Shown here one piece after another: positions 8,966 to 17,653 of a stretch of 64,000 bases of DNA (position 1 is the first letter of the stretch; each line of letters begins with the position of its first letter). The position numbers were made by a program, and so were the translations under genes. This stretch comes from an uncultured Clostridia bacterium (GTDB lineage: Bacteria; Bacillota; Clostridia; Christensenellales; UBA1242): assembly GCA_949949035.1 (NCBI GenBank), contig CATLHJ010000001.1, positions 6,116 to 70,115 of the forward strand. The letters run 5' to 3'. The notes beneath the pieces were generated by a model. The model worked only from the letters and a program-made list of their open reading frames with translations. It did no database searches and was not told the origin of the DNA.

Positions 8966-9329
8966 AGCCCGCGAAGTCGCTTACCGTTTAATTTTTGCGG
9001 GCGAAAGTGGCGACGATGCGTTGGTGTTAGCCTTGGGTGGTAAAGTAGCGCCCGCGCCGGAACTGAATTACCTATTGGGGGTAGTGAAAGCCGTCCAACA
9101 GAATTTGGTGGTCATTGATCAACAAATTAGTGCCCATTTACAGGGGTGGACCATGGACCGTTTACGTCGTACTGACTTGGCCGCGTTACGTTTGGCGTTG
9201 GGGGAAATCACGCAAGGTACGGTCCCGTTGCCGGTCATCATTAACGAAGCGGTACAGTTAGCAAAAAAATACGGCGACCAAAGCAGTGGTGCATTCGTTA
9301 ACGGGATTTTAGCGAAAATTACGGAGTAA
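8940..9329 (+). CDS. nusB: transcription antitermination factor NusB
   Basis: 129 aa from ATG 8940 (MGQALSRSEAREVAYRLIF...), with the C-terminal block INEAVQLAKKYGDQSSGAFVNGILAKI. The start overlaps the Asp23 gene by 26 nt. The track start at 8904 adds a non-homologous extension. Confidence 0.85.
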   Translation: MGQALSRSEAREVAYRLIFAGESGDDALVLALGGKVAPAPELNYLLGVVKAVQQNLVVIDQQISAHLQGWTMDRLRRTDLAALRLALGEITQGTVPLPVIINEAVQLAKKYGDQSSGAFVNGILAKITE

Positions 9330-9331
9330 CG

Positions 9332-10330
9332 ATGGAACTGTCGGTAACGCAATTAAATAACTACATTAAGTCGGTGTTTGGCGCGGAAGAAATGTTGCAC
9401 AACGTGTTATTGACCGGCGAAGTTACGGGCGTAGCGGTACGCGGCAACGGCGTGTGGTTTACCATGCGGGACCGTGATGCAGCAGTGCCGTGTGTCTGTT
9501 GGGAGGCAGCGCGTTGCCCCGTTAAGGATGGTGAACAAGTAACGGTACGGGGTTCGGTCGATTATTGGCAGAAAGCAGGCAAACTGAACTTTAATGTTCA
9601 CGCTTTGGTGAAAACGGGTGCGGGCGATTTGTTAGCCGAATTAAAGGCGTTAACCGAGAAATTGAAAGCGGAAGGTCTTTTTGACCGCAAGCGAGCCCTG
9701 CCGAGCAAAGTTAAACGGATTGGGGTGGTGTCTTCGCGCTACGGGGCGGTAATCCACGACATCATGACGGTTACTAAACGGCGTAATCCGACGGTCGACA
9801 TTGTGCTGTATCCGGCGGCGGTGCAGGGGGAAAACGCGGCGCGGGAGTTGGTAGCGGGGTTAGACTATTTTAGTAACCAATCTACGGTCGATGTGGTGAT
9901 TTTGGCACGCGGCGGCGGTAGCAGTGAAGATTTATCCGTCTTTAACACCGAAAGTGTGGCGCGGGCAGTGGCAAGTTGTCGCTTACCCGTGGTAACGGCG
10001 GTGGGACACGAAACGGACGTTACTTTGGTGGACTACGTGGCCGATGTGCGGGCGGCTACCCCGTCGGCAGCGGCGGAATTGGTGGTGCCCGAATTAGTGT
10101 CGCGACAAGACCAAGTACGACAATTATGGTCACGCTTGCGCTACGTAATAACCAGTCGCTTGACGGCCGTGCGCAACTCTGCGCAAAACTTTCTACACAT
10201 TTTCCCCAAGGATTTCGTCGCGGTGGCCAAAAACGGGCAAGTGGTAAAAAGCGCTAAACAATTACACGCCAAGGATAAATTGCAAATTTGTTTCAGTGAT
10301 GGTAGAATAGGAGTAACCGTAGATGGATAA
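9332..10330 (+). CDS. xseA: exodeoxyribonuclease VII large subunit (short form)
   Basis: 332 aa. It has an N-terminal OB-fold region (LSVTQLNNYIKSVF ... VRGNGVWFTMRD) and a catalytic core (RIGVVSSRYGAVIHDI, ILARGGGSSEDL, GHETDVTLVDYVAD). It is followed by xseB. Confidence 0.88.
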   Translation: MELSVTQLNNYIKSVFGAEEMLHNVLLTGEVTGVAVRGNGVWFTMRDRDAAVPCVCWEAARCPVKDGEQVTVRGSVDYWQKAGKLNFNVHALVKTGAGDLLAELKALTEKLKAEGLFDRKRALPSKVKRIGVVSSRYGAVIHDIMTVTKRRNPTVDIVLYPAAVQGENAARELVAGLDYFSNQSTVDVVILARGGGSSEDLSVFNTESVARAVASCRLPVVTAVGHETDVTLVDYVADVRAATPSAAAELVVPELVSRQDQVRQLWSRLRYVITSRLTAVRNSAQNFLHIFPKDFVAVAKNGQVVKSAKQLHAKDKLQICFSDGRIGVTVDG

Positions 10331-10511
10331 CGAAATTAAACAGTTAGCAACTTTAACCCAAACGATCGAGCAGGAAAAGAACATTGACGTGGCGCTCGAC
10401 AATTTTATCAACGGTGCCCAACTGGTCAAAAAAATTTTAGGCGAATTGGACGAAAAGGAAGGGCAGGTGTACGAAGTCATCGACGGCGTCGAAAAACTGT
10501 GGGAGGAATAA
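10323..10511 (+). CDS. xseB: exodeoxyribonuclease VII small subunit
   Basis: 62 aa helical protein overlapping the xseA end by 8 nt. SD AGGAG upstream. Confidence 0.75.
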   Translation: MDNEIKQLATLTQTIEQEKNIDVALDNFINGAQLVKKILGELDEKEGQVYEVIDGVEKLWEE

Positions 10512-12080
10512 ATGCTATCAACCTTACGCATTCAAAACATGGCGTTAATTCCCGCGGTGGAAATCAATTTTGGTCCGGCGTTTAACGTGTTGACCGGGGA
10601 AACCGGTGCGGGAAAGTCGATTATTATTGGTAGTTTGAACTTTATTTTTGGTGATAAACTGTCCACCAATGTGATTCGCGACGGCGCCGATTTCGCGCGG
10701 GTAACGGCCGTGTTTGACGAGACCATTATTACGCGCACGCTACACGTGGACGGCAAAAGTGAAATTCGGGTTAACGACGAACCACTGACCATAAAGGGCT
10801 TGCGAGCGGTGGCCAGTGAACTGTTGGCTATTCACGGGCAACACGATACGGAAAAGTTATTGACGCCGAAAAATCACTTGGCGATTTTGGATAGTTTCGG
10901 ACATACCGACTTAACCGCTTACCAAGCCGAGTATCATCAATTACAAACTTTACAAAAAACGTTAGCCAGTTACGGTGACAATCCCGCCGAACGTGAGCGA
11001 TTGTTGGATTTGTACCAATACCAAATTAACGAAATTACGAACGCTCATTTAAGTGTTGACGAAGAGGACGAACTGAACAATAAAGCCGTGGTGTTGCGTA
11101 ACGCAGAAAAACTGACCACAGGCTTGGACGAAATTATTGAACAGTTGGATACCGCGGATACGGCGGCGGGGCGGGCGGTTAAGAAATTGCTGGGCTTGGT
11201 GAACTGTGACGCACAGTTAAAGCCATTGGCTGATCGTTTGAGTGGGGTTAGCAGTGAACTGACCGACATCTTGTTGGAATTGCGGGACTATGTCGACCGT
11301 GCCGATTTTAGCGCGAGTAGTTTGGAAACCATTTACGATCGGTTAGACCTAATTAAGAACCTGAAACGCAAGTACGGGGCTACGGTGGCGGACATTTTGG
11401 ACTTCTTGGCCAAAACTCAAAGCGAATACCAACGTCTATTGAACGCAGGTGATACGATTGCCCAACTTAACGCACAAATTACCGCCCAAACCGAACGGGT
11501 TAAACAAGCGGCGGCCCAAGTGACCGCCAGTCGCCACGTGGCAGCGCAAGCATTGACTGCGCAACTTGGCAAACACTTGGCGGATTTAGGGATGCCCCAC
11601 GCGCAATTTGACGTACATTTTACCACGGTGACCCCGAACACCCACGGTGCTGACGACGTCGAATTTTATTTCTCGGCCAACTTGGGCGAAGCGTTACGCC
11701 CCTTGGCGCAAATCATTTCGGGCGGGGAAATGAGTCGCGTGATGTTGGCCATCAAGACGGTAGCCAATACCGAACTGGGCAAAACTTTGATTTTTGACGA
11801 AATTGATACGGGACTGTCGGGGAACATGGGCTTGGCAGTGGCGGACAAGTTAACCGCACTGGCACAGCATTCCCAAATTATCGTGGTAACGCACCTGGCG
11901 GCGATTGCGGCCGCGGCCGATCAGCATTTTTTGATTCAAAAAAACATTGCTCATGACAAGACCGTGACCAACGTTTATCCGTTAAGTGCGGCTGACCGTA
12001 TCCAAGAAATTGCGCGCATTATCGGTGGCGGCATCACGGCGGTGGCACATGCGACAGCGTTGCTGAATGGCCGTCAATAA
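10512..12080 (+). CDS. recN: DNA repair protein RecN
   Basis: 522 aa. Walker A is LTGETGAGKS, a central coiled coil follows, the signature is ISGGEMSRVMLA, and Walker B is LIFDEIDTGLSG. Confidence 0.9.
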   Translation: MLSTLRIQNMALIPAVEINFGPAFNVLTGETGAGKSIIIGSLNFIFGDKLSTNVIRDGADFARVTAVFDETIITRTLHVDGKSEIRVNDEPLTIKGLRAVASELLAIHGQHDTEKLLTPKNHLAILDSFGHTDLTAYQAEYHQLQTLQKTLASYGDNPAERERLLDLYQYQINEITNAHLSVDEEDELNNKAVVLRNAEKLTTGLDEIIEQLDTADTAAGRAVKKLLGLVNCDAQLKPLADRLSGVSSELTDILLELRDYVDRADFSASSLETIYDRLDLIKNLKRKYGATVADILDFLAKTQSEYQRLLNAGDTIAQLNAQITAQTERVKQAAAQVTASRHVAAQALTAQLGKHLADLGMPHAQFDVHFTTVTPNTHGADDVEFYFSANLGEALRPLAQIISGGEMSRVMLAIKTVANTELGKTLIFDEIDTGLSGNMGLAVADKLTALAQHSQIIVVTHLAAIAAAADQHFLIQKNIAHDKTVTNVYPLSAADRIQEIARIIGGGITAVAHATALLNGRQ

Positions 12081-12082
12081 AG

Positions 12083-13096
12083 TTACTTGTGTTTGCGCCG
12101 TTTAGGCTTTTTTTGGTTGCAGTACTTACGGTGGCTGGGGACTAACCACAGCAGAACTAAAACACAAACCACCACGATGATGGCGCAAATGACAATAAAC
12201 GACCAAAAACCACCCATACGCGCCAAGGGTAGATTATCTAAATTCATGCCGTAAATACCGGCAATCAAGGTTGGGATGGCCAAGATGATGGTGACAATGG
12301 TTAAAAAACGCATGCGCTCGGCTAAACGATTATTAACGATATTGGCGTAAGTGTCCATGGTTTCGTTCATCAATTCGCGCTGCAGAGTACAGGTAGCAAA
12401 CGCTTGTTTAATTTCCACTTGAATATTTTCCAAGGTTTCAATGTCGTCTTCGGTTAGATTCGTGCGTTGCGCCAACAACTTGTCCACGACTAAAATGTTT
12501 TGCCGCAAAGACGAGGCAAAATAAATCAATGCATTTTTCAGTTTCATAAATTCAACCAAGATGTTGTCCGTATTGCTGTTGCGTAACAGTTTACTTTCAA
12601 TGTTGGTACTGGCCTTGTCAATCGCCCGCAAATAAATCTCGTAAAGACTGTGGAAGGCTAATAAAAATTGGTACAAAATTTTCGGGCTGTCCAACAAAAC
12701 GTTTGAGCGTAGCGTGCCGTGCTTAATATCGTTAAATTTACTGCTGTCATTTAAGCAGACAGAAACGGTTAAATTTCCCTTTTGAATAATGGATAAAGGC
12801 ATGGTGGTGTAGGGAGCGTCGCTATCTTCGGTTTGGCTCTGGGTAACGGGTATGTCAAAAACAATTAAGCGGTAGCCGGTATCGTCGTCCAAATCTAAAC
12901 GCGGGCCTTCTTCGTCGTCCAACGCCGAACGCACAAAGTCTTCGGGAATACTTAATTCGTCAATGACCCGTTTGACTTCAATTTCGTTGGGGTTGGTCAG
13001 TTGCACCCAAACGCGTTGGTCAGTTGGCAAATGCAACAGACTTAAACTGTCATCTTTGACGTACTTACCATCACGTTGCAACAATACGTTGGTCAT
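12083..13096 (-). CDS. corA: CorA-family magnesium/cobalt transporter
   Basis: 337 aa from ATG 13096, with the YGMN motif (GIYGMNLDNLP) between two C-terminal TM helices. The track's TTG start at 13132 coincides with the -35 hexamer, so I used the ATG. Confidence 0.85.
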   Translation of the reverse strand: MTNVLLQRDGKYVKDDSLSLLHLPTDQRVWVQLTNPNEIEVKRVIDELSIPEDFVRSALDDEEGPRLDLDDDTGYRLIVFDIPVTQSQTEDSDAPYTTMPLSIIQKGNLTVSVCLNDSSKFNDIKHGTLRSNVLLDSPKILYQFLLAFHSLYEIYLRAIDKASTNIESKLLRNSNTDNILVEFMKLKNALIYFASSLRQNILVVDKLLAQRTNLTEDDIETLENIQVEIKQAFATCTLQRELMNETMDTYANIVNNRLAERMRFLTIVTIILAIPTLIAGIYGMNLDNLPLARMGGFWSFIVICAIIVVVCVLVLLWLVPSHRKYCNQKKPKRRKHK

Positions 13097-13102
13097 ACCT
13101 TG

Positions 13103-13132
13103 ATGGTACACCCGTTTAGTAAATAAAGTCAA
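13103..13132 (-). promoter_or_regulatory. putative corA promoter, leaderless geometry
   Basis: Minus strand: TTGACT (13132..13127), 18 nt, TACCAT (13108..13103), 6 nt, ATG 13096. Confidence 0.45.
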
Positions 13133-13156
13133 TCACTGTGACAAATAATATATTTA

Positions 13157-13185
13157 TTGCCAAGTTCAAAAATTGGCTTTATAAT
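13157..13185 (+). promoter_or_regulatory. putative promoter of the large surface-protein gene
   Basis: TTGCCA (13157-13162), 17 nt, TATAAT (13180-13185), 8 nt, ATG 13194. No SD. Confidence 0.5.
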
Positions 13186-13193
13186 AAGACATT

Positions 13194-16100
13194 ATGAATA
13201 AGTTCAAGAGCAAATTTCTTAGTTTATTAACGCCATTGGCCGTGTTGTCTTTGGCCGTGGTGATGATGATTGCCGCTCCGATGACATCTTTAATGGGGGC
13301 TCTGCGTGTTAACGCAGCCAGTGTCAGCAGCGATAATTTTACCATTACTAATTTACCGGCGCGTTATGCCGAAGTCGGTGACGAAATCCAACAACCCGCA
13401 CTGACTGCGGGGACCGTGGTCCTGTGGCACGCCAACCGCGAAATGACCGTTAACAATGGTGATCAATACCGCGAAGCGGGGCAGTACGAATGGCGGTTCT
13501 ATACTGACGCCACCAAAAAACAACTGATTACCACCCACACTGTTTACGTAACACAACCCGAATACGTGATTACGATGCCCAGTGTGGTACCGACCGTGGC
13601 ACCGAAAGATTTAACGGACGGCAAGTTGGCATTACCGTTGCCGGAAAAATTGACCAAGGATGATGAGGAAATAACCTTGGGTGATGATTATAAGTTAGTA
13701 GTTAAGGCGTTCAAAGGCATTATCGATTTGTCGGACAAAGTAACCGTTAATAACACCGACGACCAAAAGAATGTGGTGGTTGATTTGTCCGGTTTATCTA
13801 CCGACGAACGTTTTGGTACCCTGAAAGTAACTTATATCTTGCGCGATACCCATGGCCAAGATTTGACCGCCAAAGTCTTGACCGATATTGAAATTAAAGA
13901 CTGCAATAAAGATCAGGTTACGTTCAGCAGTAACCCCGCGGCGCCCAGCGTTCAAAGTTTGGCCTTATGGCAAGAAATTACTTTAACGGCGCCGACCGCC
14001 AGCAGTGCCAAATACGATAATACCACCTTTAATGTGGAAGCCACGACGAAAATTATCGGTTACAAGTTCTATAACGGTGCTACGCAGCCCAGTAATTGGG
14101 ATAAAATCGGTACGGTTAACTGTGCCAGCGGTTATATTGATGATGACGCGGTGAAAATTGATGGTTTGCAAGTTACTACTAAACAGTTGGGTTGGTACAA
14201 ATTCTTGTTCCGCACCGATACTTTGTTTGGCAATAAATCGGACAACGAAAACGAAACGGATGGCGAATATTGGAGTGATGCCGTCAATATCAAGAGCGAC
14301 AGCCGTAGTCCCGAATTTAAATTTGTTGACGCCTATGGTACAGACGACGTTAGTGTGGCCGACAAAACTTTGAAGGAGGTAGCCTTCGCCGACTTGGTGG
14401 ACGAATACAGTGACCGCTATCCTTTTAGTAGCAGCAGTTCCGAACCGGCCAGTGACGCACAGAAAATTTTGGTTGACCAAAAAACAACTTTGACCTTACC
14501 GGCGATTTTCGCCGTGGATAATAATACCGCCCTTGACCAATTAAAAATGACGGTAACCGTGGCGCAAGTCAAGGACGTTGACGGTAATAAGGTTACCGAC
14601 CCTAATACCGCAGCCGTTTATTATAATAACGCTTACCATGATGATACTTATAACCCCGGTAAGGTATTGAAAATCGATTTCGCCAACAGTACTGCGACCA
14701 GTGGTGATAATTTTATCCACTTAACTAACGATGCCGGGTTGTATTTAATTACGTTGAACATTGAAGATACAGCACCTAAATATGGTAATGGCGACGCGAC
14801 CAGCAGCAACAGCCCGCGTCGTGCACAAAAGTATTTATATTTCCAATTAGGTAAAAACACCTTGGATATGAGTGCTGACAGTTATTCGCCAACGATTGAT
14901 GCATTCCAAGTTAGTGACGTTTACTTATGGGAAGGTAAAACTTTTGATTTCGCGGTGCCGACGTACAGTGATCTTTACACGCCGACCGCCAACATCGCCA
15001 TGGATTACTATTTGGTAAATAAAAAAAGCAAACAAGTTTTCCGTTTGGACAACGATGACATTTCGGCAGGACGTATGCATGTTGACTTAATGGACCTAAT
15101 GGACGATGGGGAATGGGCTGCGTTTAAGAACGATACTTCGGACGTCAGCATTTACGCGGTAGCGCGTAACTTTACCTACCTGCAATACGAATGGAACGAA
15201 GCGGTTACGGCTAACAAATACGCCGATCTTACGCTTTACCAAGGTGATAAAATCGGCGACTTACCAACGGCCGGCAAATTGGGCAATGGTTTAACGGTAG
15301 CCCAAGTTCCCTTTACCATGCACTCCGTGGCGACCAGTACTGCCGGCACCTTGTCGGTAGCGGTGGATAATGGTACTGACAGCAATACGACTTTCAAGGC
15401 GGGCGAGGCAGTGCGCATTAAAAACGCCAGTGTTAATTGGAGTTCCGAAATTGACGGCCGAATCAGCGTGGCGGCTTACCAATTAAAAGACGACGGCAGT
15501 CGCGTGGCGGTTAGCGTGGTCGACGATAACCAAAAAGATGCGAACCAAAACGAAAATGTGTCCGCAGTGGCTTTCCGTCGTAGCAGTTACGCTATCGAAA
15601 ATTGGTACTTTACACCGCGCAACGCGGGAACTTATCAAGTTGTGGTTACCGCCAAAAATAACGCCAGCAACGTGGTGATTGCCAATGTGCAAACTTTGAC
15701 CGTGGACCCCAACGGCGAGTGGGTACCGTTACCGACGGCAATGAGTACAACTTCGGGTGCGCCCGACGCCACTTTGACGATGGGTACCGCGGGGCGGGTG
15801 GTTGTGCCGAACTTGGGTAAAAATGGTGCCACGACGCCAACCTATCGTGCCAAGGACCGTAAACTATACGGTGCGGATGGTAACGTCAATGGCGACTATA
15901 CGATTACCGTGCAGGGTGTTAATGACCCGAATTGCTTAACTGGTGAACGCTTTGTGCCGAACCAAGCCGGAACCTATACTTTTGCGATTGACTACTATGA
16001 CAGTAGTAAAAATTGGTTGAGTACCGTCAATTACGTGGTTGAAGTCACCGCCGATGGTAACAACACCACCAGTGCTATTAAATTGGATACGGCTTACGGT

Positions 16101-17282
16101 GATTTGCAATTTACTAACGATGACGGTAAAGTAGTAAAGGGTATTAAAAACGATAGTGGCGCCGGTACTGCCGATTCGCCGAAGTACGCGATTACCTTGT
16201 CACAATTTATGACCGCCAACTTGGGTGGCACTACCGACTTTATCGTAGATCGGGAAACCTTGCGTCAAAATTTGGAAACAATTGCGGATGCGGGCGACGA
16301 TGCTACTTACCAATACCTGTATCCTGCTATCGCTATCCCGATGCCTAACTTAATCAGTAACGGCACCGCCGAAGATTTTGAAATCACCGTGCAGAAATCT
16401 GGTTACAGTGATCTGTTGGTTTCCAGCAAGAAAACTTTGCCCAATGGCAAAAACAGTGTTATCCCCATGATGGGCGATTACTTTGTGTTCCGCCCTGAAG
16501 GTAAATTCAAAAATAACGATGCCGACTTCTTGGTCAATGCCGGTGACAGCGCCAGTGCCGTTTACGTAATTACTTACAAAACGCCTTCGACCAGTTTGAC
16601 CTTTAACGTTACGATCGGTGATCCGGTCAAGGGTAAATTAACCTTTGACGATGGTTTCCTGACTTATGACAATGGCAAAAAGACCATTGACCGTGGTACG
16701 ACTCCCGTTATCGACAAAGATAGTGACGGTAAGCGTTACGTAACCATTAACTTGCAAAAATTAAAATACTTGGGTAACAATACTTTATTGCAAGCCATGG
16801 CCAAAGGGCCGGACGCTGGGGATAACGAAATTGTGGACGAAGACCAAACGGCGGCCTACCTGTGGCGCAACGTTAATGTCAGTGTTACTTACGAAGGCGT
16901 AACTTTGGTCAGCACCGGCGATTGGGATGATAAAAAGGACAATGACGCCATGACCTACCGTTTCAATTTAAGCGACAGTGGTACCTACACCGTTAACGTC
17001 AGTCTGTTTAATCCGTACGTTAACCAGATGGTGACGGAATCGTTTGATTTTACCATCGACGTAACCGCGACCAACAAGAACGTTAATTTAAGTACGGTTT
17101 GGGGCATTATTTTGGTAATCTTGTCGGTAGGCTTGTTAGCGGGGGTTATTTTCTACTTCGTTAAGACCGCGCGTGAGACCCGTTTCTTGGATAATCCGAA
17201 GGCTCCGAAAGCAAAAAAAGACAAAAAAACAAAGCCGAGTAATCAGGAACCAGTAAAGGACCAAAAAGAAGATGTTAAATAA
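13194..17282 (+). CDS. large secreted, C-terminally membrane-anchored surface protein (probable multi Ig-like-domain adhesin)
   Basis: 1362 aa. The N-terminal signal peptide is KFLSLLTPLAVLSLAVVMMIAAPMTSLMGALRVNAAS. The single C-terminal TM helix (VWGIILVILSVGLLAGVIFYFV) is followed by a Lys-rich tail. A recurring beta-sandwich-like end motif appears several times (AGTYQVVVTAKN, AGTYTFAIDYYD, SGTYTVNVSLFN, AGLYLITLNIED). No LPXTG. Confidence 0.6.
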   Translation: MNKFKSKFLSLLTPLAVLSLAVVMMIAAPMTSLMGALRVNAASVSSDNFTITNLPARYAEVGDEIQQPALTAGTVVLWHANREMTVNNGDQYREAGQYEWRFYTDATKKQLITTHTVYVTQPEYVITMPSVVPTVAPKDLTDGKLALPLPEKLTKDDEEITLGDDYKLVVKAFKGIIDLSDKVTVNNTDDQKNVVVDLSGLSTDERFGTLKVTYILRDTHGQDLTAKVLTDIEIKDCNKDQVTFSSNPAAPSVQSLALWQEITLTAPTASSAKYDNTTFNVEATTKIIGYKFYNGATQPSNWDKIGTVNCASGYIDDDAVKIDGLQVTTKQLGWYKFLFRTDTLFGNKSDNENETDGEYWSDAVNIKSDSRSPEFKFVDAYGTDDVSVADKTLKEVAFADLVDEYSDRYPFSSSSSEPASDAQKILVDQKTTLTLPAIFAVDNNTALDQLKMTVTVAQVKDVDGNKVTDPNTAAVYYNNAYHDDTYNPGKVLKIDFANSTATSGDNFIHLTNDAGLYLITLNIEDTAPKYGNGDATSSNSPRRAQKYLYFQLGKNTLDMSADSYSPTIDAFQVSDVYLWEGKTFDFAVPTYSDLYTPTANIAMDYYLVNKKSKQVFRLDNDDISAGRMHVDLMDLMDDGEWAAFKNDTSDVSIYAVARNFTYLQYEWNEAVTANKYADLTLYQGDKIGDLPTAGKLGNGLTVAQVPFTMHSVATSTAGTLSVAVDNGTDSNTTFKAGEAVRIKNASVNWSSEIDGRISVAAYQLKDDGSRVAVSVVDDNQKDANQNENVSAVAFRRSSYAIENWYFTPRNAGTYQVVVTAKNNASNVVIANVQTLTVDPNGEWVPLPTAMSTTSGAPDATLTMGTAGRVVVPNLGKNGATTPTYRAKDRKLYGADGNVNGDYTITVQGVNDPNCLTGERFVPNQAGTYTFAIDYYDSSKNWLSTVNYVVEVTADGNNTTSAIKLDTAYGDLQFTNDDGKVVKGIKNDSGAGTADSPKYAITLSQFMTANLGGTTDFIVDRETLRQNLETIADAGDDATYQYLYPAIAIPMPNLISNGTAEDFEITVQKSGYSDLLVSSKKTLPNGKNSVIPMMGDYFVFRPEGKFKNNDADFLVNAGDSASAVYVITYKTPSTSLTFNVTIGDPVKGKLTFDDGFLTYDNGKKTIDRGTTPVIDKDSDGKRYVTINLQKLKYLGNNTLLQAMAKGPDAGDNEIVDEDQTAAYLWRNVNVSVTYEGVTLVSTGDWDDKKDNDAMTYRFNLSDSGTYTVNVSLFNPYVNQMVTESFDFTIDVTATNKNVNLSTVWGIILVILSVGLLAGVIFYFVKTARETRFLDNPKAPKAKKDKKTKPSNQEPVKDQKEDVK

Positions 17283-17646
17283 GACCGAAACCAAAGTGAT
17301 GTCTTACATTTTTACGAAGTGCAAAGGCGAAGGCAAAGTGTTGTTGACCCCCAAGGAATTGCTGACCTCGTTAATGCCGAAAATCGAAATTACCGCCAAA
17401 CAATTAGATGTAATTATGAGTAATTTAGTCTTGGACGACTACATTGAGATGGAAAAGGGCGACAAGGACGGCAAAGTATACTTTGTGGTGTCCTTAACGA
17501 TGCGTGGTGCGGCCTTTGACCGCGAACGTCAATCACAAAAAAAATCGCGGCTGCAATCGGTTTTGTGGAAAGTGGCGTTAACCGTCGGCGGGGCAGTGTT
17601 GGCCTTTTTAATTGGCTTGATGTTGAATCGTTTAGTCGGTAAATAA
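17272..17646 (+). CDS. small membrane-tethered protein with a possible N-terminal winged-helix domain
   Basis: 124 aa, overlapping the upstream stop by 11 nt. The N-terminal roughly 75 aa has a wHTH-like pattern (LTPKELLTSL ... LVLDDYIEMEKGDKDGKVYFVVSLTMRG). A C-terminal TM helix follows (VLWKVALTVGGAVLAFLIGLML). Confidence 0.4.
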   Translation: MLNKTETKVMSYIFTKCKGEGKVLLTPKELLTSLMPKIEITAKQLDVIMSNLVLDDYIEMEKGDKDGKVYFVVSLTMRGAAFDRERQSQKKSRLQSVLWKVALTVGGAVLAFLIGLMLNRLVGK

Positions 17647-17653
17647 TTAAACT

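Noticed and set aside
13097-13132. ORF-track TTG start extending corA by 12 codons
   Set aside because: The TTG is the first three bases of a TTGACT -35 hexamer that is correctly spaced from a -10 box and from ATG 13096. The shorter start fits the promoter geometry.
13983-14480. 165-aa minus-strand ORF and other small antisense ORFs within the giant surface-protein gene (13353-15840)
   Set aside because: All are antisense or out-of-frame within one continuous 1362-codon ORF, and none has translation signals.
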